DNA of 64,000 nt from Nageia nagi. Its lineage: Eukaryota; Plantae; Pinophyta. The translations under genes were made by a program, and so were the position numbers. Location: positions 201,872,001-201,936,000 of the forward strand of contig JBITNC010000001.1 in the NCBI GenBank assembly GCA_050084985.1. The letters run 5' to 3'. The notes beneath the pieces were generated by a model, which worked only from the letters and a program-made list of their open reading frames with translations, had not been told where the DNA came from and ran no database searches. This document shows positions 26,480-38,459 of this stretch, piece by piece. Positions within the stretch are counted from its first letter, which is position 1, and every line of letters starts with the position of its first letter.

Positions 26480-27890
26480 ACGCTGGGAGCACAATTTTGG
26501 ATGAATGTTTTAGCACTTCCTGAAAAACATGCAACTGGGGTCTTGGGTCACTTAGTCAAATTTCGGGGTATAATTCTTCACCTCACACCTGGGAGCATGG
26601 ATTCGGGTGAGTGAAAAAGCATGCACTAGAAATGGTGCGACTGGAGAGTAAGGTGAAAATCTTAGATGAAGTGGTAAAAATGACTAAGGGGGTGGCTTGG
26701 TATTTATAACCTTTCGTGCTGCCACATGTCACCTCTGGGTTGGTCAAATTAAGGGTCAAATAGTAGAGCTAAAACAGAGGACGCATGGTTTAAGACAGGT
26801 GCAAAAGCATGTGTCAAAAAGCATGCGACTGTGAGCCTAGGACTTAGTCAAATTTCAAATCATGATAGGGCTCAATTCTTATTTGCAACGTTTAGAAAGG
26901 GTGCAAAAGCATGCACCTTAAACCTTGCACCTGGCCCTTTCTCTTAAATTTCAAACACTTAGCCAATTTCAATCCCAGGCCAAAACGTCTAGGACTGGGC
27001 ACATGACTTGGGAGGAGTGCTTTTTCATGTACAGGAAATGATGCAACTAGGGTCAAGCACACCTCCTGAGACCAGAAATTTCAAAAATAGACAAAAATGA
27101 CTAAAAAATGCAAATTTGACACACGCACATTTTGGAGGACGTGGTTTTTCTCCCTTAGCTCCACGCAGTGCTCCAAACAATTTTGCAAACAAAATGACTG
27201 AGGCTTTCTTTCTTTTTATAGCCTTCTCAAATAGGACAAGTGTCATCATATGATTAGTGCAAGAGAGGGTAAAATGCATGCACTTCCACTTGTCAACAAT
27301 CCGAGCCCAACACTTAATCAATTTTCATCTCATGAATTTGGTCACATGGTTTTGGGTGGGTGCAAAAGCACTCATTTGAAAACATGCGATTGGCCTTGAT
27401 TGTCTCAAAAATGGCTTAAGTCCCCTTTTTTTTGGTTGCATGGTTTGAGTTGGGTGCAAAAGCACTCACTTGAAAACGTGCAACTAGGTCTTGAAAGTTC
27501 CAAAATGGCTAAGTACAAGTCTCTTCTTCCCTGGACGCATGGATCTGGTTGGGTGCAAAAGCATTCACTTGAAAACATGCGACTAGCTTCTTCCAGAAGA
27601 ATGCTAAGTATGAGAGCCTCCAATTCTGGTCGCACCATTTTGGGTGGGTGCAAAAGCGCACACTTGAAAACATGCAACTAGCTGAAAACGCGTTTTTGCC
27701 TTTGAACTCTGACCAGAATGACTTCAAACATGAAATGCAATGAGGGAGGGATGAACTTCCGAAGTATGAGGGACCCTGAAAGTCTAGTTTTAAGACTGAA
27801 AAATGTAAGTAATGAGTATGAAAATGCAGCATGAGGTTGGTCGCACCGTTTAGGGGACATGCAAAAGCATGTCCCTCCAAAAATGCGACT
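26480..27890. repeat. Palindrome array of copy 2
   Basis: GCATG-N34-CATGC units with a GGGTGC-AAAA-GCACTC core; ~97-bp period at 27340-27680. Confidence 0.85.
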
Positions 27891-28065
27891 GAGGAAAAAT
27901 ACATGTTTCTGACTTGAGTAGACCATGAATGTAAAAGTTTAACATGTTTCCTAAAGCTAGACCAAGATGCATACATTCCCTTAGTGTTTACTTCCATGCA
28001 TTATTCTTTTATTTTCGAGGGTCCTCCAAATGCAAAATTTTGGGGATTGTTGTGTAGGCACAACA

Positions 28066-28262
28066 CTTGGGATACCCACAATCACACTTAAGTGCTCTAA
28101 ACTATCTCAAGGAGGGAGACGTCCTACATTGAGGCTCAGAATTGGTCCATTGGACCCATAAGTCTCCTATCCTGATGTTACAATCATGCCTACAATACAT
28201 TAAACACAACAAACTACCAAATCACACCTAATAAGGAACTAGTACTAAAAAGGGACATCACA
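28066..28262 (-). mobile_element. LTR 5' fragment (host of copy 2; remainder deleted)
   Basis: Minus strand starts TGTGATGTCCC at 28262 and carries the shared GAGCC..GGACGTCTCCCT motif. Confidence 0.7.
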
Positions 28263-29820
28263 ACCTCCTGATTACTGACACAAATGCTCTACCATCGAGC
28301 TATCAGCCTTCTTGTTCAAGTATTTTTCCTGAAATGTGGATTGACCTCCAATAGGTTCTTAGTGCCATTTATACCATTCTTTTCTAGTTGGCCAACAATC
28401 ATTTCACACGCAGATGTTTTTTTGCAATGCCAGTTGATGCTAACTTTAGTTTTAGGTAAATTATAGATAAACATGATTCCGTGTAACCACTTCCTGGTTC
28501 TGAATCACCAAATATAGGTATACCGTATAGCATATATCATTGGAGATCTCTTAATCAGTTTCACAAATGTATATTTCATGTCATTCTCATGCATCTTATA
28601 AATAATATAGATTCTATTACTACAATTCAGCTTCCTACTCCATTATTGCCCATGTGAGCTTTGTAGGTCTTCCTTAATCATCCGGAGTGTTATTGTTATT
28701 TTAATAGTCATATATTATGGACCTTGAAGGCATTCTTCAATCTACTATGTAAGTATTTGCTTTTGCAAATCTGTATGTAGAAAATTCGGTTATAACAGTC
28801 CTATAGTAAAAATATTAATCAACGTTCCTCTTAACTCACAATTGTTGTGTTCCCGTGAAGCAATTCTGTTTTAGTGCGAAATAAAGATAAGTGTTCAAAT
28901 TTAGACCTTACAACAAGTGTATTAGTTAGTTTTAGGTTGAACACCTGTTTCACTAAGGAAAGAAGATGAACAAGAGTAAGTTTTTGGTCAGTCATACTTC
29001 ATAAATTTGACCAAAAATAAAAATAAAAATAATTTTAACAAATAAATAAAACTATTTTTCTTGAAACAAGAGCTAGTTTCTTTTAATAACTTGGTCCTGA
29101 AAATTCCTACCCTTGTTTTTAGGTTCAGCTTTCTAATTATCAATTGGGATCTCCGTTCATCTCAAGGAATTAAGAATCTGAACAATTAAACCAATGCCCC
29201 ACACTACTTTTCCAATTTCATGACACATTAACTTTCCAAGAAAATTTGTACGTGATATTTTTTAATAACAGTTGGTTGTAACAAAATCCAAAACACTGAG
29301 GCTTTGCACAAATGAACTCACTGAAACAAGCTCAAGTAGTTTGCCTGGAATAAACATTACAAAAACCATGATCATTAAAAACTATCAGCAAAGCATTCCA
29401 ATAAGTTTAATTTGGGAAATCAAAAAAATGATAGAACATTAAAGAATATTATTTGACAAATCAGGAAAAATTTTAAGAGAATCTAAAAACTGGGAAGCAT
29501 TTGCAAACTCCCAAATTAATCATGCTATTATGAAAGAATTGCAATATTTAAAGTTTTTGGATAAAGGGGCATAAAACATTAACAACAAATAAAAAGTTGG
29601 AAAATAATTACCAATTTTAGAAACAGAACATACGATCCAGATCGCATGATATACAAGGTTTTTCTTGATTGTAAGGATATTAAAAAAGGAACATTGAATT
29701 CATCTGTCTGTATAATGTGAATGGACTAAAAATACACCCTTTAAAATTTCGGAAATTTAGACAATTATGTGAATCAATTACTCATATTTGTGAACCAAGG
29801 AGAGTATACAGGTAACTCAC

Positions 29821-29908
29821 AGGAATAGATGAAGGCTTGCAAATGATAACAACATCACTTGCTTCTTCCAAAACTATAATTGGCTTTGCCATTACAGGAG
29901 GTTCATGC
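29821..29908 (-). CDS. RNA pseudouridine synthase exon
   Basis: 88-nt AG/GT exon encoding (R)HEPPVMAKPIIVLEEASDVVIICKPSSIP, in phase with VHPCG. Confidence 0.95.
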
Positions 29909-31584
29909 CTGAACAATTTTTCCAATCATAATGTTACTAATAATTTTCATAATAATATAGAGAATAAACTGACTAAATATCATTACATTGAAACTCCGAG
30001 TAAGGTAAAATCATTGTCAAATTCTTGTAAATGTAACATAACAAGAACCTTTTGAGTAGATATACTAATATAGGTGAAAGCTATAATACAAATTGTAAAT
30101 TAGGAAAGTTGTTATAACATTAAACTGACAGAAAAAAAAAAGTAAACCTCCTCACATGAACATGTCCCTCTCCTTCGTTTTGCAACAAATGCAACTTATA
30201 TTACACCAGAAAACATAAGTTACATTATGAAAATTCAAAATTGTCATATCATGGGTGCAATAAAATGCAGAATACAAACCTTTGCCTGAAGGGGCAAAAA
30301 GGCTACATCCTTCAAAAAGCTGTAAAATCTGGCTTTAACATGCATAGCCAGATTCCTTCTATAAGTACTCAATTTTCCTAAGATAAATGATGTAGCTTGA
30401 AAGGATACTATTGGTGGCTTTTTCTTTCCTACCTTGCTAAAAGGCAAATGAACTTTCAAGGCTTGTAGAAAGACACCAACACCTGAGTGATAGGGCATAA
30501 CCCCTACCCGCTATGAGGACTAGTTACCTCAAAGGTATAGTGATGGGTGTGCAAGAGGTTGGTCAAGTGACCGGTTGAGATGTTTCAAGCTATCTCCAAC
30601 TCAAATATTATTTGTTAACCAAGGACTCGAAGGGTCCCTGTTTCCAGAAATTGTTGTTTCTCAAAAGAAAAGGAAAATGTGGTTGTGAAAGCCACACAAA
30701 AAAATGGAAAATAAAAGAAAAAGGATAGATTAGACAATGGTATATGAGTCGGGCACAAGTGCATATGATCTCACCGACTAGTGCAAGTAATGGGATCTAC
30801 TTCTTTTGGGCTTCATGCAAGTTCCACACACTCCTTATCTTTATCACTAGTCAACTACAAGAATGAACTAGTGAAAAGAGCGTGAAGCTGTAGACAAGAG
30901 TTGTTGTAGAGCAGATTGCGGGTGAATTATCAATGAGGGAGTGAAGTTCTTGCGCTAAGCAACATGAAAGGAGTCATTCCAGACAACACAAGTCTAATAT
31001 GCAAACCATGGACTATTGCACATCATATCTCACTCAATAATCACTTCGAATAGTATTCAACAAATTCTCTCATCCACCTTAACACGAGGTTTATGAAATG
31101 AACCAAGTAAACTTGAGCAACACAAGGGAGCAATGGCATTCAACCAAAAGAATTCAACACATGTTCATGATTCCATCAAAGAGAGCATTCACTATTCAAT
31201 TACTTGGAGTAATACCACATTCACAAATGGAGAAAACTTTTCAATTGGAAGTAAAAATTAAGTCTCTCACAAGTACAAAAATATCTAATCCCCTACAAAT
31301 GATCCCAAATGGGCTATAAATAGTTTTCCTGGCAACCTAAAATGTTACCCTAACCCTAATTTCAAAATGCGAGAAATAACAAATGGACAAATCAAAACCT
31401 ACCACATGTCATTACAAAATGTCATCCAAGCTTGTGGGAGCAAATTCTCATCCATCACAAGCTTGGGAATTGAATAACAAATATAATAAAAGTATTTTAT
31501 AAGAATAAGTGTCTATTCTAGGAAATAACACCACAAGCTATGAAAATTGTGACTAAGGTTCATGTGGACCCAAAACCTAAACGC

Positions 31585-34500
31585 ATCACTCGAAATCTTC
31601 GTCCAAGAACTTTGTCGTGAGTTCCAACCCATGCAGCATCTTTGACAAGTTCGGCCCATTCCTAGCAATGCAGCGTCCAACCTTGTCTACCATCCATTAC
31701 ATATCATTCTTCCAAGCCTAAGCTCTAAGCAAGTGCTTCAGGTGACTCCCAGTCTGGTAGGTGTTCACATCATTGGTCATGATCAGGCTGTGAAGGAAGT
31801 GTCTCACTTCCACCACTACCAGGTTTTTATCTCTAATGGTGGCATCATCATCAATGAACTTGACTTGGAACTCCATTTGCTCAAGGCTAGTGTTAGCCTT
31901 GTCATCGAGTTTCTCGACCTCCTTCTGCACCTCTTGGAAACATATGGCTATCTGATTGACGACCCCCAAGTAGAATGTAATGTTCTAAAATCACCCTCAG
32001 CAAAAACAACTCAACACTAAGGCAACACAAACCCTCCAATACTCTCACGTGGACCTCTTAGGCCTTCCGGGCTATGCACCACACAAAAAAGGATCTCACA
32101 ATGCTGATGTTAGCCCCTAGGGCTTCTCCAGCACTCTGCAAACCCCACAGATGCCTTACAGCAACAATGGACAATACAGCAATACCAACAATGGGTTCAC
32201 ACAACAATATGAAGCCAGAACAAGCTTCCAACACCAGTATATCACAACGCATGCATACAATGGAACAACACAATGATAAGAGGCACAATGATATGTATTT
32301 TATTATGATATGGTAATGGAGTACAATGGAGATTACAACTCTCAAATCTAGGGTCCAAAACCCTCCACAACCCGAACATGCAATGGGAAAGACTAACTCA
32401 CTCAGTATCCGAATCCTCTCCTGTGAAGGAGTCTCCTCGAACCCTAGCGACCAATGAAGGTAGAAGCTCGTCCTCAGAATACCACTGGATGGGCTAGGTG
32501 ACCCACCTAAGCCGTAGAATGTCAGGCTCCCAACCCTGCCACTCCTCTAGACCCCATCTAGAAATAATGCTCAGCACCGCCAAGACTTGAATGCCCAACC
32601 GGGTTCGGTATAGAAGAAGTATAATCAATAGCTAACCTCATCATGGAGCTCCATCCTCAATATATAGCCTCTCGTATCCATTTTTCATGCCTCGTTATCA
32701 TCCCAAGCCAAGTCTAATCCAACGTTGGGTTCAACAGGTCAACCATGCCAACGTGGGGGTCATATTGACCCAGTATGCTAACATGGGGGTCCAATGGGCC
32801 CAGTATGTCAACGTGGGGGTCATAAAGGCCCTCAAGGCTGATGTGGGGTCTACTCCTAAGCTGACATGGGGGTCCAAGTAGCCTCATAAGCCAACGTGGG
32901 GTATGTGGGGCCCTCCCAACGTTGGTATGCTCCTCTGTGCACTCTGGACTATACAAGACTCATGCCAATCTAGGGATTCCCACAATTTGAGATAACCCAT
33001 TACAATTAACACAACACTACTCAAGGAGAGATGTCCCATTACTGGGCTCACAGTGGGGTCCACAGACCATAAGCTCCTGCTTGAGTTACACAAGTACAAC
33101 ATGACTATGAACAAACACTAGAATACAAAGTGACCATGACACATGTTATCATTGGTCCAAATGGGACATCACATAGAACCAGTATTCTTCACAAAACTTC
33201 ACATCTTCTGGCCTTCGATCCTGTGTCATCTCGAATGTCATGAACATGGGCCTTCGGGAATCCAAAATCCTAAGAAGGCTGGCTCTCTCCACCACAATGT
33301 CCTTCAGCTTCTGCTCTTCAAATGCTACCCTCTGCAGTGCACCAATGAATTGTTGTACCACTACCAAGACCTCATCAATTTCTTCTTGTTTTACTACAAT
33401 CATGCCCTCTTTAAGTGGTTTTATCTTTCGAAGCTCCTCCATGGGCACCTTAGCTGACTCTAATTCTCTAGTCAATTTCTTCTATGCAACTAACTCCTTC
33501 CTGAGGCTTTTAATCTCCTTTTCTTTCATCATCCCATCTTTGGTAATTGCCTCAGTGTTGGAGATGATTGCATGTTTTCGACCAGCCACACCAATAGGAC
33601 TTGTGTTGATAATCTGGTTTACCTGCCATAGGTCTTCAGGTCGTTGGGGATTCTCTTTGTCCGTGATTATAGTCTTGATGTGAATCGCATTTTTGGCCAA
33701 ATGCACATAAGTCTGGGTCTTAATCGAGCGAGTGGAGATTTCTCCAATCTGATCATTCTCTTCTCTCACTCCAAACTCTTCCCTAACATCCATGTTAAAC
33801 ACATCTAGATATTCCTCCATATTAACTCCCCACTCATTTGTAGGTGATGGTTGTTATGTCTCAACAACTGCTTCCTGAACGGTGGTGGTACTTTTCCTGG
33901 CCCTTTTCAAGGGTCTTGCTTCTTCTTCATCGAGCTCATCAGAGGTCTTTGTCGTCCATGATTGTGAAGTCCTCTTCAACTGGGCTTTCCTCTGTACTGT
34001 CTTTGAAGCTGGTCCCTTACCCTTCTCTGTGGATGGTTCAGAAGCTGGGGGATTCTAGACCACCTTCACTATCTCCAAGGATCCATCTTCTTGCTATGTA
34101 TCTGGGATGTCGTGGTGTTGCACGGCATTCGCCCCCTATTCACCTTCTGACTCTCCTACTTCTCCCTCCTCTTGACTTTCATCAAGTTTGTACATGGGAC
34201 TGGATGATGAAGATCTAGATGGTGGAATGACTGGTGACGGGTCTACAACTACTCCTCTAGGTGGTCTGGATGGTGGGGATGAATCCTTCTCTCTATCCCT
34301 AAAACACTTCACTACCTTGTCAGTGGCCACATGCTTTAGCTCTCTCACGTCATGCTCATCAATGGTGTCCCTTACTTGTTGTACTACCAGTTCTACTGGG
34401 TTCTTACCAGGCATTGACGCATACTATCCAACTGGTGCTTCAACTATGGGAGGAAACTGGGTGACCCTAGAAATGGACTCCTGAGGTCTTCTTCCTTTTT

Positions 34501-35982
34501 GTTGTGACAATCTCTTGTTGATAGTGGCCTCAACAAGGTATTGCTGATCATGGGCATCCTTATGCATCTTTTCACAAATCCTTCTCATCTCTACCTTGTT
34601 GCTCACATTTTGGAAAGATTCCTCTTCTCCAAGTGGTTTGTGCTCATATGCTTTCTTCCTTTCCTTCATAAAGAACTGGTGCATCCTGTGGTCAAAATCA
34701 TAATGGTCAACGACAAGCATCTTCTTGAAGTTAAATCTCGCCAACTCTTCCTTCATAGTGTCAACGTCCACCCAAGACTTACACTGGTATTCAACTACTA
34801 TAATCGGCAAATTTGAAGTAGCCAATTTCTTCTGCCACACTTGTTCATGTAGATAGGCCAACTGCCTCATCATCTCCATAAGAAGCAATCTGTTGCTAAC
34901 GAATCTCAACAATTGGTACGGCTGCACGACTGACCCATGAATTTTGATATAGGAATAGTGTTGGTGATGGAGGAAGAAGTCCCCATGCTTCTTCAATGCA
35001 TCCTGGGCTGAGTTAGAGATCCTTGCCACTATGATTTCTCCTTTGAGTTCCTTGTAGATCTCATACTCCCATCCACCGTTCTTCAGGGTGAAACTATCCC
35101 ATCTCCTCTCAAGCTTCCATTTGGGGTAGCATCTCCAAATGGCATAGGTCCCTTTCTTGATCAATGTTGATTCTCCTTTCGTCGTGGCCTTGTATTTGCC
35201 ATGAAGCAACATGTACACCAAGTATGAATTGAGGTAGAATTTGCAAGTGGTGCCTTGGATGATAACTGATCAACGATTGTGTCACTCAACACCTTGCTCC
35301 AGATAATCCTTTTCCCTCTAGCAATTTCAATGATGAAGACAAAAAACTCTTTCTTGAATTTCGAAGCATCTTCCTTCCTGAGAACTCTGGACAACATCAA
35401 GATCATCAACTCAACTGAAGGGCAGAAATTGGAACTAGAAGCATTTATGAGAGCATTCCCCTTGAGCCCATGATGCTCATCCAACATCCAGTTCTTGATT
35501 GCCATGGCAGCCTTGTGGGTCTCCTGGTAGCACGCCAATGACTTGGCTTCACTATACTCGAAATTTCCCTTGGAAGTCCATTGGAACGTCATTTTGATCA
35601 CATCGGAACTGAAATCCATGATGATGTGTCCTTTGATGTCACGGAGGACTCTCCCTCCCTTCTGCCAATGGTGACCGACCTCCATGCACAATTCAGGGAA
35701 TGGAGATGTGAAGGGGACCAATGCGCAAGTGGAGAGCCTGGAGAAGAAGATGATGTCTTGTTTGAGGTCAGTGGCAGGCAGCCCACATATTTTCTCCCTC
35801 ATTTTCATCGGGTCAATGTCCTGCCAATCTGTGTCTCCGATGGTAGCAAGACCGTTTCTAGAGAATCTGGCCCCTTGCGGAAGGGAGTCTTGTCTCTCAC
35901 TGATGGTGATGACATAATCTTGTCTCAACCGCTCAAGGTCCCTAGCAAAGTCCAAAGCCGAATTGCCCTTGGAAGTAGTCAT
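31585..35982 (-). pseudogene. LTR-borne ORF, copy 3 (split by solo LTR 31976-33173)
   Basis: Motifs IGDTDWQDIDP, PFPELCMEV, LVYMLLHG, YIKIHGS..SNRLLLMEMMRQL and KEIKSLRKELVA. Confidence 0.8.
31976..33173 (-). mobile_element. Solo LTR (B1 family)
   Basis: TG...CA termini with perfect TSD TAGAA; reverse complement of the 42028 and 7645 LTRs. Confidence 0.93.
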
Positions 35983-36327
35983 GGTGTTCAAGCTTGCAAC
36001 AAAATCTCTCAAGGGTGATGCGAGGGTTTCCAAGTGGTGAAGGCACCCCACGTTGGATTGGTTTGCCTCCCAAATGCTTGCACAAGCGCTAGGATGAAGT
36101 ATGATGGAATCCAAACTCGAAAATCTACTATTTCCTGTTATTTGAGAAAATGAGGTCCCTAGGCTTCCATTTATAGCCAAAACTAGCTTCCAACAAACCC
36201 TAGTTGGTTGGATCAAGGAGGGGAATTCATCTCAGCCATCCACTTGAATCACCTCGGGATGTGTGCCTACGCCAAATTTCATGGTCAGCCAAGGCTAAAC
36301 GTGGGGGTTTCAAAGCTCTTTCTGGCT

Positions 36328-37290
36328 TGGCACATGCCCAGAAAAGACAACACTGTGTCTTTCTAGATCATGCGTCAACCTTAGGGGTGAGTGTTATACC
36401 CATGTTGGCCTTCTTTACTCACTTGCTTGCTCATCTTGACCCTGAAGCTCGCCCTGTGACCTGATCTTGCCTGAATTTTGGTCTTTCTGGTGCCTACGCT
36501 TGTCAAATTTCATCTCATCATGGGCACTCCCCAAGCTTGGTGCATGATTCAGAAAGTCATGTTTTTGTCTTTTTGAGGCATGCGCCAACCTATCCTGCTC
36601 TTCCATTTTAGTTGCATGGTTCAAAAAGACAAGATTTTGTCTTTTTGAATCATGCGCCAGCCTCCAGATGGTCAATTTTTCATTTTTGCATGTTCTTTTC
36701 TTCGTGCCTTTGCCAAATTTTTCACCTTCGTTCGATCGTGGAGGCTTCCTGGCTCTGGCACATGGTTCAAAAAGTCAAAAACTTGTCTTTTGAAATCATG
36801 CACCAGCCCTCCTGGGTGTGCTGAAGTTGGTCTTGGGGTTTTGGGCTTCATGCCTTAGCCGATTTTTCATCTATGAACAAACTGGAAGCCCTTCTGGGTT
36901 AGGTGCATGATTCAAAAAGATAAGATTTTGTCTTTTTGAGGCATGCACCAACCTCCTGGATGCCTAGGGTTCGCTTCTTGGTCTTCGAACTTGTCCTATT
37001 GCTCCCAGCTTGGTCACATGGTTCAAAAAGACAAGATTGTCTTTTGAAATCATGCGCCAGCCTTGAAGTGTCCTTGCCTGGTCTTTTTCGAGCTTCATTC
37101 CTATCCAATCTGCTCCTTGTCCTTGGCGCATTCTCCAAAAAGACAAGATTTTGTCATTTGGAGGCATGCGCTAGGCTTGAAAGTGGCCCAAATTGTCTTT
37201 TCGAGTCTCAACTTCAATCTAGATGGCTCCTCGACCCAATCGCATGTTTCAAAAAGGTAAGATTTTGTCTTTTGAAATCATGCACCAGCC
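36328..37290. repeat. Eight ~50-bp palindromes with variable spacers (copy 3)
   Basis: Consensus GG(C/T)GCATG(A/G)TTCAAAAAGACAAGATTTTGTCTTTTTGAATCATGCGCC at ~36328, 36538, 36611, 36756, 36901, 37011, 37124 and 37238. Confidence 0.9.
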
Positions 37291-38043
37291 CTAGGAGTAA
37301 CCCAATTTGGCTTGACTCTATTCCGACTTGTCCTGGACTCTCCTGGTTCATCTAAAGTCGGCTTTCAGTTTCCAAACATTGCCATTTTTTGGAAAAATTT
37401 CTCACTTTTAGCTTGGTATGATTGACTCTGGACGAAGGATGAGGCTTGAACCTGAGGGGCTTGTCCTTGAAACTAGGTCTTGCGACATCACTTGGGTTGG
37501 ACAAGACTACAACATGACAAAGTATTTGCATGAGGCGTTGAGGGTACCCTGTTGTGTTTCAGTCACAACAAATACATTCCATCATATCTTACAATGCAAA
37601 AAATACTTTTAAAGCACTCTTAAATCAAGCACAACGTAAAATAAATAAATTACAGTGATATTGGCAAATGACCTAAGTAGGTCAAAAAGCTAATCAAATC
37701 ACAATTGCTAGTCAGAACTGCCAAAAGGAAACCAAAAAAACAAAAACAAATTATTTAAAATGAAACCCACAAAGAAATAGCTGGAATAAGGGAGGACTAA
37801 ATGCCAAACAAACCAAAATCTACACTAACCATGAAATAAAATCAAGAGAAAGGAGCCAAGATCAAAGCTGTAGTCTACATGAGAGTCAGAAGCAGAAGAG
37901 GAGATATCGTTTTAAGTCACTGTCATTGTTATATGCTGCTATTCAAATCTTTTAAATCCCATGTCTCCCACCATCACAGGGTTCAGATAGATCTGGATAG
38001 CTATTTTATCTAAAATAGAAAAAGAATGATTAAGTAGTCATAC

Positions 38044-38144
38044 CTGTGAACAAAATGACTAAGTTTCTCGGAAGTTTTAGCAATGTAATCAGCTGGTATT
38101 GATTTTCCATTAAGACGAATTCTTCCTGACTGTAAAGCCTCTAC
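38044..38144 (-). CDS. RNA pseudouridine synthase exon (S4-like region)
   Basis: 101-nt AG/GT exon encoding VEALQSGRIRLNGKSIPADYIAKTSEKLSHFVH+AG, joining G|HEPPV. Confidence 0.93.
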
Positions 38145-38459
38145 CTGAAAATTAAAATTACTTAGTTCCCTTTCCAGAAATCAATCATAAAAACAAAGGA
38201 ATATATTTGGAATTAAGAAAATTTGAAGAAAATCCCTAGCAATCATACAGGACAATTGCATATCTTAAATATGCAGTCATAGTCGGTGATATAGAGAACT
38301 TTTATATTCAATAATATAACTATTCAAGATTATGAAAAGAATCCCCTCATAAAACCCAAAGGAATCATATAAAGCATCAAACCTCTTACAAAAACCGGTA
38401 TTTACTAATTGATTTTCCTCTTTCTTGGTTGGATATGATTTCTTCTTGTTATTGTTTGA

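Larger units (their letters stand above)
20270..28065 (-). mobile_element. Giant ORF-bearing LTR-like unit, copy 2 (near full length, ~6.6 kb without the nested solo LTR)
   Basis: Colinear with copy 1 at both ends (20278~10580; terminus TGTTGTGTAGGCACAACA at 28048-28065). The left ~45 bp was lost at a CTTGGA(C/G)GAAA microhomology. Confidence 0.82.
30242..37570 (-). mobile_element. Giant ORF-bearing LTR-like unit, copy 3 (divergent subfamily); left boundary uncertain
   Basis: Same order of parts as the other copies: terminal hairpin TGTTGTG..CACAACA (37550-37570), palindrome array, TATA-like site, homologous ORF, second TATA-like site (31315-31323), T-rich tail. TSD not confirmed. Confidence 0.72.

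Noticed and set aside
30242-30280. TSD for copy 3 (AATAC at 30271-30275 versus 37571-37575)
   Set aside because: The left match is not followed by TG, and the nearby TG at 30242 has a non-matching flank; the boundary is left unresolved.
36328-37290. CRISPR-like look of palindromic repeats with variable spacers (also 14540-15065 and 58190-58810)
   Set aside because: Eukaryotic intron, degenerate repeats, irregular or mutually similar spacers and no cas genes; the arrays are part of a retroelement.
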